Source: a virus
Virus record (IMG/VR): IMGVR_UViG_3300050343_000216
Coordinates: 1 to 64,000 of that record
Length of the DNA: 64,000 bases
Direction: 5' to 3' (one strand)
Part shown: in pieces, positions 50,083 to 59,150 of the stretch
Layout: each line of letters opens with the position of its first letter
Position numbering within the stretch: the first letter of the stretch is position 1
Made by a program: the position numbers and the translations under genes
Notes under the pieces: generated by a model
Database searches by the model: none
Seen by the model: the letters and a program-made list of their open reading frames with translations, nothing else
What the model was told of the DNA's origin: nothing

Positions 50083-51457
50083 TTAAGCAACAAAGTCGAT
50101 CTTAACTGAAGGCTCGGCACCGGTAGCACCGGCAACGATCTCTTCAAAACCGAGAGACTGTGAAGCAACCAGCACGCGACGCTGATTCATAACTTCGTAG
50201 TCTTGCTCTACTGATACACCACGGAGTCGTGGTACAACGTAGTTGCGAGTATTAACTGCGAATGCCGCAGGAATACCAGCCGCTTCTGCTGGGAACTCTT
50301 CAGATACGATTACGGGTGAACCGTATACCGCACCGATAGTACCAACAACACGTGCTGCGAGGTCTGAACCTACTTCATCCAGAGTCTGGAAGTTAGCATC
50401 GTTCAGCAGGTCAAAATAGCTATTCTGGCTTACGATATACGCGATATCAGAAGGCATCAAGCCATACTTGCCCATTTGCTCACGAGCAGCAAGAAGCTTA
50501 GCAGAAGTCAAACGCTCTGCATCAGAGATGTCAAGAGTGTCTGAGTTAGCAGCTGCGTAGCCGTCAAGACCAGTGATTGAACCTGAACCATTGATGATTG
50601 CATCTTCTACTGCGCGACCGTGTGCACGAGCAACTGACTCAACAAGCATAGGCATCAAGTTAATGAGTACTTGCTCGTCTACGTCGTTGTCCATAAACGT
50701 ACTAGAAATCAGACGGTATGCATTCAGAGTTACCTGCTTTGCATTGTACTGATTATTAGTAATTTCTACACGGTTTTCCAAGTTACCGCCAGTTGCTGCG
50801 CTTGCAAATGCAGCCTTACCAGCATCAGTCTGGATCGGCAGTACAGTTGCGCCACCGTTGACAGGAATCTCACGGAACAAACGAGCTACTTTCAGCTCAT
50901 GCATGATTTCCTTCTCGATGGGAAGCAACTTCCTGATCGATATCAGCAGCGTTTGCAGCATAGTTAATACCAGCCTTCTCTTGAATGTCACGTGCAAAGT
51001 CAGTTTCCCAACCTTTACGAGTCATAACACCCAGCATGTGAGCGGCCATAAAGTCTGTGCCCCACTTAGAAATGTCTGATTTTTCTGCACGGTCAGCGAA
51101 TACACGCTTAGACTCACGCATTTTAGAGATTTCATCAGACTTCTCTTCGAGGTCCTTCTTGTACTGGGCAAGAGTCTCTTCCATGTTCGCATTGCGATCA
51201 TTCAACTCTTTTTGTACGTCAGCCAGCAACTTCTCAGTACCAGACTCGATACCGGTGCGGATGCTGTGCTTAACTTCTTCTTCCTGCTGAGCTTTAGCTT
51301 CGGCGTGTGCCTCTGCTTTCTCAGTAGCTTCTTGAACTGCCTTTTCTTCGGCAGCCTTTGACTCAGCTTGCTTCATTGCGATCTTAGCAGCAGTTTCCTC
51401 TGCTACTTTCTTCGCAAAAGCTTCCAAGTCGACTTCGGGAGTAATTACTTCCGACAT
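50083..51457 (-). CDS. Major capsid protein (HK97 fold, T5-like, with N-terminal scaffold domain), one apparent indel near 50920
   Basis: Coiled-coil delta domain, then IEKEI..ELKVARLFREI, LNAYRL, GAVYGSPVIVS. Confidence 0.9.
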
Positions 51458-52065
51458 ATTGATCTCCTTTTAGCGGATTTTTCCGCTTCGTCCGGTGTTT
51501 CACTAGCTACCGATGAATTTTCATCCTTAGCCAGAGACTGACCGGCTAGATCTACACGATTGGTGAAAGTTTTTTTGAATTCATTATACTCCTCAATAGA
51601 GTCAAATGACTTCGCCAGAGAAAAAGTAGCTGCTTGATTACAAGGTACGGATACAACCGATACCTCAAACAACTCAGCGTCCTTAATCTTTAATCCGTCA
51701 GTTTCCGATAGGTAATCAGCATCCTTGACTCGGAAACCAACAGAAAATGCTCCAAGAATGCCTTCTTTTACAAGCTGCGCAACATGATCGGGCGCAGATT
51801 TAGAAATTTTTGCCTTTAGTTCAAGACCGTTTTCAGTGACTTTAAGTCCTGTCGCGCGTCCAATAGGCTTGTTATAATCATGATTAAAAAGAATAATAGG
51901 ATTCTTTTCAAAGTTATTCAGACCGCCTTTAGTCCACGCTAGTGCGTCAATCACATCACCAGCACGATCAAAATCACTCGTACTAGCCATGCCACAGATG
52001 TGAACTCCTCCGTCATCTTCGTCTAAAGCCTTGAAGGTAGAGGTAAGATTAAAAATCTTTTCCAT
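51445..52065 (-). CDS. Prohead protease (HK97 family)
   Basis: DRAGD, NPIILFNH, FSVGF, EVSVVSVPCNQ. Confidence 0.92.
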   Translation of the reverse strand: MEKIFNLTSTFKALDEDDGGVHICGMASTSDFDRAGDVIDALAWTKGGLNNFEKNPIILFNHDYNKPIGRATGLKVTENGLELKAKISKSAPDHVAQLVKEGILGAFSVGFRVKDADYLSETDGLKIKDAELFEVSVVSVPCNQAATFSLAKSFDSIEEYNEFKKTFTNRVDLAGQSLAKDENSSVASETPDEAEKSAKRRSICRK

Positions 52066-52306
52066 TAGTCTTGGCGTGAAGCTGTTTCCACGCATCAGGA
52101 TAATCATTTTCCATAATAGCAACAAGTCGTGACCAATTACCAAAGTAATTATCTACTTGTCCTATTCGAAGAGGCACATCTGACTGCTTGCTATATTCTA
52201 GTCGAGTGAAAAGTTTACCTTTTTCCATCATATACATCACAAGAGCGTCTAATGCTGCTTTTCGTCCTCTAATCCTCACTGTCTTCTCCTTCTGGGGGTC
52301 TACCAC
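52049..52306 (-). CDS. Hypothetical protein
   Basis: ORF between portal and protease; YFGNW motif. Confidence 0.55.
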   Translation of the reverse strand: MVDPQKEKTVRIRGRKAALDALVMYMMEKGKLFTRLEYSKQSDVPLRIGQVDNYFGNWSRLVAIMENDYPDAWKQLHAKTNGKDF

Positions 52307-53465
52307 CTTCGTCTGGATTTACTGCGCTTCCTGCAATATTTGCAGGTACTCGCAACTCATCATGTCCTTCTACTAGGTCAAATCCAAGAGCCTCTCGTGC
52401 TTCATTTGGAGAAATAATCCCAGTATTTACTAACGCAGAATAATACTGCGATTGATCTCGTAATTCTGGCTGTAGTGCTGGGATATCTGTAATATCTTCT
52501 TTGCACTTAAATCCAAAGTGTCTTTCCATTGCAAAGTTAATTTTTCGCACAATGGGAAGAATTGTCTCAAGGTAGTACATTCGCATATTTGGTCGAATGT
52601 TTGCATTGTTACCTGAGTCCAAAAGCATTGGAGGTATTCCAAGTGCTTTTAAAATAATTTTTTCGTTTTCTGCAATTGCACTCTGAAAGTCTAGTTCTTT
52701 AAAATTAACATTTGATACTGAATCTATCTCAATACCTCCGTCCAAAATAAGAGGACGTCTACCACCTGCATCTGGTCTATAACGAGCTGACCAAGATTGA
52801 ATCATTCTTTCTTTAATCTTTTCAGATAGAGTATTTGGTGATTTTAGTACAAGACCTGGAACAGCTCCATTCTTAAAGAAGTTATCCTGGAAGTCCCGCA
52901 TACTTCTCATTAGTACCATCGTTCTGAGTGCGGGCTTTAGGCGTGAAACACCTCGATAGATAGAATAGAAAGAGTTATCCTTAATGTGAATAATTTCACT
53001 TGGCTTATAGTCTACTTTCTCATTAAAACTGAATCTTTCAATATAAGTAGTGTCACTTGCATGAATAGTTACTTTGTTTGCGGGAAGATGGTACATATGT
53101 ACACCATCGAAATAAATAAAAATGTTACCATCTAATAGATAGTCTGTAATCAAGTTACGACGGAAAGTGCTAATATCTTGAAAAGGGTTGGGCTCTTTGT
53201 TTAGTAATAGTTCTACACGAGAACGCTTAATACCTTTTATGACACTAGACATACCTTGAACTTGTCCGCCGACGGCAATAGGAATCTCCGATGCATCGTC
53301 AACGATTAAATTTACGCCTCGATTAACAATTTCGAGGTCTTCATAAGCTCTCTCGTAGTTTACTACCTTTTCTCGAGAAGGCTCTGTTTTATGGTCATAA
53401 TAAGGTTGAGCAGGATTTAATTTTTCCTCCATATCCTTATTTTGCCAAAAGTTATACCAAGCCAT
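52269..53465 (-). CDS. Portal protein (HK97 family)
   Basis: LLDGN, IIHIK, FFKNGAVPGLVL, ALGIPP, ISPNEAR. Confidence 0.93.
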   Translation of the reverse strand: MAWYNFWQNKDMEEKLNPAQPYYDHKTEPSREKVVNYERAYEDLEIVNRGVNLIVDDASEIPIAVGGQVQGMSSVIKGIKRSRVELLLNKEPNPFQDISTFRRNLITDYLLDGNIFIYFDGVHMYHLPANKVTIHASDTTYIERFSFNEKVDYKPSEIIHIKDNSFYSIYRGVSRLKPALRTMVLMRSMRDFQDNFFKNGAVPGLVLKSPNTLSEKIKERMIQSWSARYRPDAGGRRPLILDGGIEIDSVSNVNFKELDFQSAIAENEKIILKALGIPPMLLDSGNNANIRPNMRMYYLETILPIVRKINFAMERHFGFKCKEDITDIPALQPELRDQSQYYSALVNTGIISPNEAREALGFDLVEGHDELRVPANIAGSAVNPDEGGRPPEGEDSED

Positions 53466-53817
53466 GCTTTCCTCTTTGTATCTCTACCCAACGTTTTTGT
53501 TTAGGCGCTGAGTGTAATGTTGGGTTTCGCCCGTATATTGAGTGCAATTTTAAGTGGTGAGCGTGGCACAAAGTAACAGTATAATCATACAACTCTTCAA
53601 TATGTTCATTAATAAATTCATCTCTAAAATTTCGAATATCCTCCATCATATAGTTTTGCTCTTTAACCCACTTCTGAAGTAGAGGACTTAAACTATAGTA
53701 ATGGTGAAAATCAAGCTCAGTGTCTGCCCCGCATATGTAGCACTCGGAGGCTTTTTCATACCTTGATTTTGCTTTATCTCGTATATACTTTACGGGATCT
53801 CGTTTTAGCTCTGCCAT
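53452..53817 (-). CDS. HNH-type (T5-like nicking) endonuclease
   Basis: CYICG...LDFHH...TLCHAHHLKLH; lies between terL and portal as in T5. Confidence 0.8.
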   Translation of the reverse strand: MAELKRDPVKYIRDKAKSRYEKASECYICGADTELDFHHYYSLSPLLQKWVKEQNYMMEDIRNFRDEFINEHIEELYDYTVTLCHAHHLKLHSIYGRNPTLHSAPKQKRWVEIQRGKHGLV

Positions 53818-53846
53818 CTTTGAATCTATTACTTTTTAATAACGAA

Positions 53847-53875
53847 ATTATATCGTGAGGAAACTAAATTGTCAA
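53847..53875 (-). promoter_or_regulatory. Sigma70 promoter for the head operon
   Basis: Minus strand TTGACA-17-TATAAT with an A-rich upstream element. Confidence 0.85.
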
Positions 53876-53897
53876 CTACTTTTTTTCTTAGGTCTTT

Positions 53898-55202
53898 TTA
53901 AAAACCTGTAGACGAAGTTTCAAATGAATAAACTGCATATCGTAAAGCATCGGCCATGTGTGACGCCATATTATGTTTTGGCTTTTCTCTGGCCAAGTTA
54001 GGGTTTGAGTCCCACTGATATTGATCTAACGCTGATAAACTATGTAGACATTTCTGGTCTATAATTAAATTATCATTATCAACAATAGCAGCCACATGAG
54101 CAATGCCGTCCAGTACAGACTTTTTGGCATTTGTGGTAGTAATATCATAGTTCTGAGCAAAGTCAAATCTAGTTTGTTGAGCTGCTGAATCAATGAAGAT
54201 ATAATCAATATCCCACTTTTCCATAAGTCTACTAATTTCAACAGCATGCTGCTCTGTGGTTTTTTCAGCATCTAAGTATTCGTCGAGGATGTAGTATTTT
54301 TGGTCTGCCCAGTCATATGCCAAAACGCAAAAGGCAGTGGGATCTCTATACCCCACATCAAGACCTGCGAATATATCCATTTTTGAAACATCGAATTCTT
54401 CCAAGTTCTCAATACAGGTTTCGTGATTAAAGTTCCAAATTTGTCCCTCATAGGTGTTAAAGTCTGCTTCATACTCTTGTTTAAACTCTGCTTCTGACAT
54501 ACTTTTTCTAGCTTCTGAAACGTCACTCTCAGACATCCTAGGGTTATCTTTATAGGTTGCACGTATAGATGCCCATTCAGGAAACTCATCAGTAAATCCT
54601 CTATTAAAAAATTCAGCAAACCAGTTACTCTTTCCTCTAGGAGTAGAAATAAACAGAGCTTTAGAATTATCTTTGTCTAGGGTGGGGCGCAGTGCAACAT
54701 TAAAAGCCTCTTTACCATCTGCAAGTGCTGCCTCATCAAATATAATAAGATCATAGCTACGCCCTACACAAGAGTCTACTTGATTAATTGAACCCATTCT
54801 TATTGTAGAACCGTTTGTTAGTTCAATTACTTTATCTTTAGCATTATCTTTTGCTACTTCAAGATCAAAGTGCTTAATTAATTGTCTTTGTAAGTCGAAA
54901 GAAATCTGAGACAAGGCATAGTTCGGAGACATAATTAAAATGTGAGAACCTGGGACTAGCGATACTAGCTGCCCAATAATATTTGCGATATAAGTTTTGC
55001 CCTGTCTTCTTGAAATTGCTGCAGTTACAAAACGGTACTTATTATTGTTTATCGCATTTATGATCGCCATTTGAGACGGAAGAGGTGTAACGCCGAGTAA
55101 ATCCAAGTATGGATCTACTGGAAGCTTGAGAAACCTCGTCTCAGATTGAAATTCAACAAGTCGCTCGGAGACTAAGTCTCTCCTACTTATTTCTATTGTC
55201 AT
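53898..55202 (-). CDS. terL: Terminase large subunit
   Basis: SRRQGKT, IIFDEAA, ISTPRG, GLDVGYRD, HMADALRY. Confidence 0.95.
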   Translation of the reverse strand: MTIEISRRDLVSERLVEFQSETRFLKLPVDPYLDLLGVTPLPSQMAIINAINNNKYRFVTAAISRRQGKTYIANIIGQLVSLVPGSHILIMSPNYALSQISFDLQRQLIKHFDLEVAKDNAKDKVIELTNGSTIRMGSINQVDSCVGRSYDLIIFDEAALADGKEAFNVALRPTLDKDNSKALFISTPRGKSNWFAEFFNRGFTDEFPEWASIRATYKDNPRMSESDVSEARKSMSEAEFKQEYEADFNTYEGQIWNFNHETCIENLEEFDVSKMDIFAGLDVGYRDPTAFCVLAYDWADQKYYILDEYLDAEKTTEQHAVEISRLMEKWDIDYIFIDSAAQQTRFDFAQNYDITTTNAKKSVLDGIAHVAAIVDNDNLIIDQKCLHSLSALDQYQWDSNPNLAREKPKHNMASHMADALRYAVYSFETSSTGF

Positions 55203-55217
55203 GTTATTATTATGCCT

Positions 55218-55784
55218 TTAATCGTTTTTTCTATGTCCATTCCAAGCTGCAAATCCTGCGACTCGAAGAGCCCAGTATGCTAAGTAGTTTAACAGCTTAA
55301 AACCATTTACTTCAATACAAATATCACGGAAAAGTTTATCCATCCACTTTTGGTCTTTCTTGCCGATATCTGTTCCATCTTTTTTCATAAGGGTAGCATA
55401 TTTATAGCCATAGTCGTGAACAAGACCGCCCATAAGTAATACACCGGTAGGAGACAACCACATAGCAAGAAATTTAGGGACAGACGCACCATCAAACTGG
55501 AATCCTTTGGGAATAACATACTCTTCCACTCCTAGTGTAAAATGAAAATCATCACAGATTTCCCATTGACGAACACCTAACATCCACATCCATATTGCTT
55601 TCCAAAATCCTTTATCTTTTGTCTGAATTGCCAGAGGCTTCATATGAGGCATTTCATCATAATAAAAACCTACTCTATCTTCTCCTTGTCCGTCAAAAAT
55701 ACTGGCTACGAAGCCTATAAGAATAAGACTAATTACAATAGTCCACTGCCAAAAGTTTACTGCAAGATCAAGTAAAAAGTCCAC
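55218..55784 (-). CDS. DUF1353 family protein with N-terminal TM
   Basis: IPKGFQFDGASVP...LVHDYGY...D.LF. Confidence 0.8.
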   Translation of the reverse strand: MDFLLDLAVNFWQWTIVISLILIGFVASIFDGQGEDRVGFYYDEMPHMKPLAIQTKDKGFWKAIWMWMLGVRQWEICDDFHFTLGVEEYVIPKGFQFDGASVPKFLAMWLSPTGVLLMGGLVHDYGYKYATLMKKDGTDIGKKDQKWMDKLFRDICIEVNGFKLLNYLAYWALRVAGFAAWNGHRKND

Positions 55785-56093
55785 TTATTTTCCTTTTTGG
55801 TACGCTTGTGCTCCAAAGAACGCTGCTACCAAGCCTGCAACCGCTACAAAGTAAGTCGGTGCCATATCTCCTAAAATATTTGATGCTTTTTCTAAACCAG
55901 CAAGATCAGTAAGAACAACCATGGCGGGATACAACAACATACCAGCAAGAGAGAACCATGCCATATTTCGTTGTGCATCTCGCATTGCGTCCGCATCTTC
56001 TAGCTCCTTTCGCTTAAACTCCATGTACATTGCTTTTTCTTCGTCGTCTACTTTACCATCGCCATTAGTATCTGCTGGATGAAATTCACTCAT
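55785..56093 (-). CDS. Holin-like membrane protein with EF-hand-like N-terminus
   Basis: DTNGDGKVD; two TM segments; basic C-terminus. Confidence 0.6.
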   Translation of the reverse strand: MSEFHPADTNGDGKVDDEEKAMYMEFKRKELEDADAMRDAQRNMAWFSLAGMLLYPAMVVLTDLAGLEKASNILGDMAPTYFVAVAGLVAAFFGAQAYQKGK

Positions 56094-56398
56094 TACCACT
56101 TCACCTTATCGGCCCAATAAGCTGCGCTCATTTTGCCCTTTGCAATGTTTTTACGGTGCCGTGCTTTGAAAGATGCACGCTTACGCTTCATTGCCTCTGA
56201 TTCTCCTGCTTTAGGCTTGCCAGCAGTTTTTGCTCCTTGCTGCCCAAAACGAATAGTCTTAACTTTGGTGCCAACTTTTGCCACTACAATATGTGACTTT
56301 TTTGAGTGCCCGGGAGTACGCTTTGGCTTATTAAACCCCGATACCCCAGCACGTTTTAATCTTGAATCGCGCTTTTTACCTTTTCTTTTTACCGCCAC
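56093..56398 (-). CDS. Highly basic small protein
   Basis: K/R-rich; KTIRFGQQG, RASFKARH, SAAYWADKVKW. Confidence 0.75.
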   Translation of the reverse strand: MAVKRKGKKRDSRLKRAGVSGFNKPKRTPGHSKKSHIVVAKVGTKVKTIRFGQQGAKTAGKPKAGESEAMKRKRASFKARHRKNIAKGKMSAAYWADKVKW

Positions 56399-56666
56399 GC
56401 TTCATTCTCCTCTTCGACTTTGTAAAAGTTTTAACCATAGTCGGCTTACCCCCTGGGTTACCTGCAGCTCTTTTGCGTCGTATTGCAGATCGTCTTTCTG
56501 CAGGTGTCATACTAGCAGCTTTTGAGGCTGGAACACACTTTGGATATTTACCTTTTTTAGACGTCTTACGCCCACAAGGCATATACCCCCCGCCCTTTTT
56601 GGGGCGGGAGATATCTACCCAGCTTTCTTTAAACCACTTGGTTAAACCACCCTTCGGCTTTGCCAT
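56376..56666 (-). CDS. Highly basic small protein (DUF5872-like)
   Basis: GLTKWFKESWVD, PCGR, YPKCVP. Confidence 0.75.
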   Translation of the reverse strand: MAKPKGGLTKWFKESWVDISRPKKGGGYMPCGRKTSKKGKYPKCVPASKAASMTPAERRSAIRRKRAAGNPGGKPTMVKTFTKSKRRMKRGGKKKR

Positions 56667-56752
56667 TAGATTTTGTCCATAATGGGCTTACCAAATTTAA
56701 CCCAACCCCAGTGAGCTGCCATACCTACTGCAATTCCAAGAATAAAGTCCAT
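56666..56752 (-). CDS. Micro-ORF (28 aa) hydrophobic peptide
   Basis: MDFILGIAVGMAAHWGWVKFGKPIMDKI; TAATG overlaps on both sides. Confidence 0.55.
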   Translation of the reverse strand: MDFILGIAVGMAAHWGWVKFGKPIMDKI

Positions 56753-56916
56753 TACTTTTTTCCTCGCTTTTTCTTCAAAATTGCTTTTTGAAGAGCCATT
56801 GGCAGTTTCTTCTGCTTTGCGGTTAAACCCATGGACTTTTTCTTCTTTCCACCCTTTTTTGCTGCTTTAGAAGGACGCCCTCTTTTTTTACCGTAAGTTC
56901 CTTTACCTGCTGGCAT
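56752..56916 (-). CDS. Protamine-like basic peptide (54 aa)
   Basis: MPAGKGTYGKKRGRPSKAAKKGGKKKKSMGLTAKQKKLPMALQKAILKKKRGKK; about 40% K/R and no D/E; coupled. Confidence 0.65.
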   Translation of the reverse strand: MPAGKGTYGKKRGRPSKAAKKGGKKKKSMGLTAKQKKLPMALQKAILKKKRGKK

Positions 56917-57101
56917 TATTTACTCCCCATGCGGTACTTACCGCCTTTGGCTTTGTAAGTTTTTACAAGCCATCCATTTGCGTAAGCTGAAGGATATACT
57001 GCAAACTTACGCTTCGCTTGAGCTTTTACTCTTGCGTAAAGCTTTTTGTTTGTGGGAACTGGCTTCTTTTTTGCTGCTTTTCTACGCCGCCTTGCTGCCA
57101 T
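56916..57101 (-). CDS. Highly basic small protein
   Basis: PTNKKLYARVKAQAKRKF.VYPSAYANGWLVKTYK.KGGKY. Confidence 0.75.
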   Translation of the reverse strand: MAARRRRKAAKKKPVPTNKKLYARVKAQAKRKFAVYPSAYANGWLVKTYKAKGGKYRMGSK

Positions 57102-57111
57102 TTACAGTCTC

Positions 57112-57429
57112 TTAAGCTGCCCAAGGCTGCCCTGACCCCGTTGTTGGAGTGATTTTTTCTGTAAGTTGAGCATCAAGACTTGCTTCAAGACGAGTGACTT
57201 CATCACTGCCAAGTGCCGCTTTTGCCCAAGCAATTGCATCTGCTTGAGTAACCTTTGCCCATTCGATGAAAGTATCTCCAGGATCTGCTAGTCCAACAGT
57301 TCCGTATACTTCAACTACATCGTCTCCTTGAGTTTTTGTAACTCTCCAATGAACCGTTCCGACAACGTTTGTTTTGCCTCCGGAAGAGACGGCGTAATCA
57401 AGAGCTGCTACTGTCCATACGTGTGACAT
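57112..57429 (-). CDS. Fibre-associated hypothetical protein
   Basis: VGTVHW, AIAWAKAALG, terminal PW. Confidence 0.65.
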   Translation of the reverse strand: MSHVWTVAALDYAVSSGGKTNVVGTVHWRVTKTQGDDVVEVYGTVGLADPGDTFIEWAKVTQADAIAWAKAALGSDEVTRLEASLDAQLTEKITPTTGSGQPWAA

Positions 57430-57432
57430 ACT

Positions 57433-57690
57433 TTATTCTCCTGGTTTATTTGCTTCTAAATGTGCCTTATAAGCATTAACAACTGTTTCAGTGTGTACTG
57501 CTGCGCAAATCCCTTTTACTTCTGCACTTTCACTTGAAGTGTCCGCACCTGGGTCAATTACGCGCCTATGAAAAGACCGTGAAATTTCTTTATCGTCCTT
57601 TAAAATAACTGTTGCAGTTCGTACTTGTACGTGCTTGAACTGTCCTACAACTTCGATTTTATCTTCTTCTGTTTTTTCTGTTAAAGACAT
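57433..57690 (-). CDS. Fibre-associated small protein (possible chaperone)
   Basis: DKIEVVG..KHVQVRTATVI...EISRSFHR; AGGAG RBS upstream of ATG 57690. Confidence 0.65.
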   Translation of the reverse strand: MSLTEKTEEDKIEVVGQFKHVQVRTATVILKDDKEISRSFHRRVIDPGADTSSESAEVKGICAAVHTETVVNAYKAHLEANKPGE

Positions 57691-57734
57691 TGTCTTTCTC
57701 CTTTTGTCCGCCCCAATCTCCGAGTGGGGTAATT

Positions 57735-58580
57735 TTAGTGTGCAGCTGTGTACCAAATTGTACCGGCTATTCTTCCAGTTGCATTTGATGGTAATGTCGT
57801 ATGCCCATGGTTATGGGCACCACTCCACTTATACATTGTCATATATGAGTTGCCATTGCTTATCCAACCAGTAGTAAGTCCATTACCGCTTAGACTAGAA
57901 TCAAAAACCCAGGGTGTCCATGAACCCATTTGATATCTTTGTGTTCCAGTAGAATCGGTTCCTAATGACGATGCTGAAGCAGCTGCAAAGGGTAAAGTTA
58001 TAAATGTAGCTCCAGATTGATTAGAATTTGCGCTCAAAGTCATATCAACCCATACCATCACTATCCTGCCTATTTTTGTATATACACCTTGCCTAGAAGT
58101 ATATGTCTGAGTACCATTTCCATAAGTTGGGCTATATGTACCTTCTTCGTAATCATCAAGAGCATTTGCGGCGGCTGTGTCGCCGTTGAAGGTTAGGCCG
58201 TTAGCCGTTACGCGCATACGTTCTGTGTCATCAACATCAAGCCTAATATAACTACCAGCACCGCTATTACCTTTGTCAGCAGAAATAGCAAGAGCAGTGC
58301 CATCGCCTGCTGGGAAAATGCGGTGGTAAACACCGTTATAAGTACCTGCGTCAGTAATAAGCCTTATAGCGGGCTGGGGGCCAGAGCCTGACAGTGTTAC
58401 TAGGTCTGCTGGATTAGTAGTGCCCACACCCACATATTCACTAGAATTAATCGTGATTGCAGTCGCATCAGCATTGTCATCAATACCAGTCGAACTAAAG
58501 TTTGTTAAAGGATAGCTAAGATCCGCAGCAACAACAGTGTTTGCCGGAATTGCTAAACTATTAAGTTTTGTGATCGCCAT
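57735..58580 (-). CDS. Modular tail fibre protein
   Basis: YPLTNFSSTGIDDNADATAITI; VGVGTTNP; FNGDTAAANALDDYEEGT; YTKIGRIV. Confidence 0.8.
   Translation of the reverse strand: MAITKLNSLAIPANTVVAADLSYPLTNFSSTGIDDNADATAITINSSEYVGVGTTNPADLVTLSGSGPQPAIRLITDAGTYNGVYHRIFPAGDGTALAISADKGNSGAGSYIRLDVDDTERMRVTANGLTFNGDTAAANALDDYEEGTYSPTYGNGTQTYTSRQGVYTKIGRIVMVWVDMTLSANSNQSGATFITLPFAAASASSLGTDSTGTQRYQMGSWTPWVFDSSLSGNGLTTGWISNGNSYMTMYKWSGAHNHGHTTLPSNATGRIAGTIWYTAAH
58459..58490 (-). repeat. GIDDNA junction repeat, right array; 32 bp identical to 63804-63835
   Basis: + strand GCAGTCGCATCAGCATTGTCATCAATACCAGT at both sites. Confidence 0.9.
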
Positions 58581-58602
58581 TACTTATTTCCTTAATACCT
58601 TT

Positions 58603-59139
58603 TTATAAAGGCGTGGGCCAGTCACTAATAGGAGCCTTTTTAGGATTCTTTTCATCGCCGGTATCATAAAGAGCCATAAACTCAGTAAGATTTGAGCAAG
58701 CCTTAATTGAAGTCTCAATTTTATTTGAAGCAGTACGAACTGCTGCACGATAAGTTGAAACATCTGAAGGAACATTATAATCTGAGACTTCTGCCGCTTT
58801 TACTACCATCCAATCAGTTTCAGAAAGCAAATCATTTGCTTGCGCTTTCGCAGTATTAATTGCTTCTGATTTGAGTCCAAGAGTAACGACTTGCTTTCCA
58901 TCAGGGCCCATCAAAGCCTTTCCATCTTCATCCACTTCATTTTTATCGTCGAGAGCTTTCTCAACCCCTGCTGACCAATAAAAATGTGAATCGAAGGGAG
59001 CAGGATCATCTTCCCACTTCAACCCCGCATCTGTTTTTTCTTTATCTGACCAACTCATCCAGTTTGTAGGATGTGTTACGCCATTTGAATCTACCCAAGA
59101 TCTTCCTGGGCGAATTACATTTTTTTCATATAAATACAT
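58603..59139 (-). CDS. Tail fibre assembly/chaperone-like protein
   Basis: HPTNW, LGLKS, LLSETDWMVVK, YRAAVR, DWP. Confidence 0.7.
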   Translation of the reverse strand: MYLYEKNVIRPGRSWVDSNGVTHPTNWMSWSDKEKTDAGLKWEDDPAPFDSHFYWSAGVEKALDDKNEVDEDGKALMGPDGKQVVTLGLKSEAINTAKAQANDLLSETDWMVVKAAEVSDYNVPSDVSTYRAAVRTASNKIETSIKACSNLTEFMALYDTGDEKNPKKAPISDWPTPL

Positions 59140-59150
59140 TAAATTTCTCC

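Noticed and set aside
46440-50930. Programmed frameshifts in the tail tube, neck and capsid genes
   Set aside because: The breaks fall within essential core folds at short G, C or A runs with no slippery heptamer, which is best explained as indel errors.
25461-58193. Diversity-generating retroelement (TR/VR pair) suggested by the repeats in fibre genes
   Set aside because: Differences between copies are synonymous and not adenine-specific, both copies are coding, and no reverse transcriptase is in the window.
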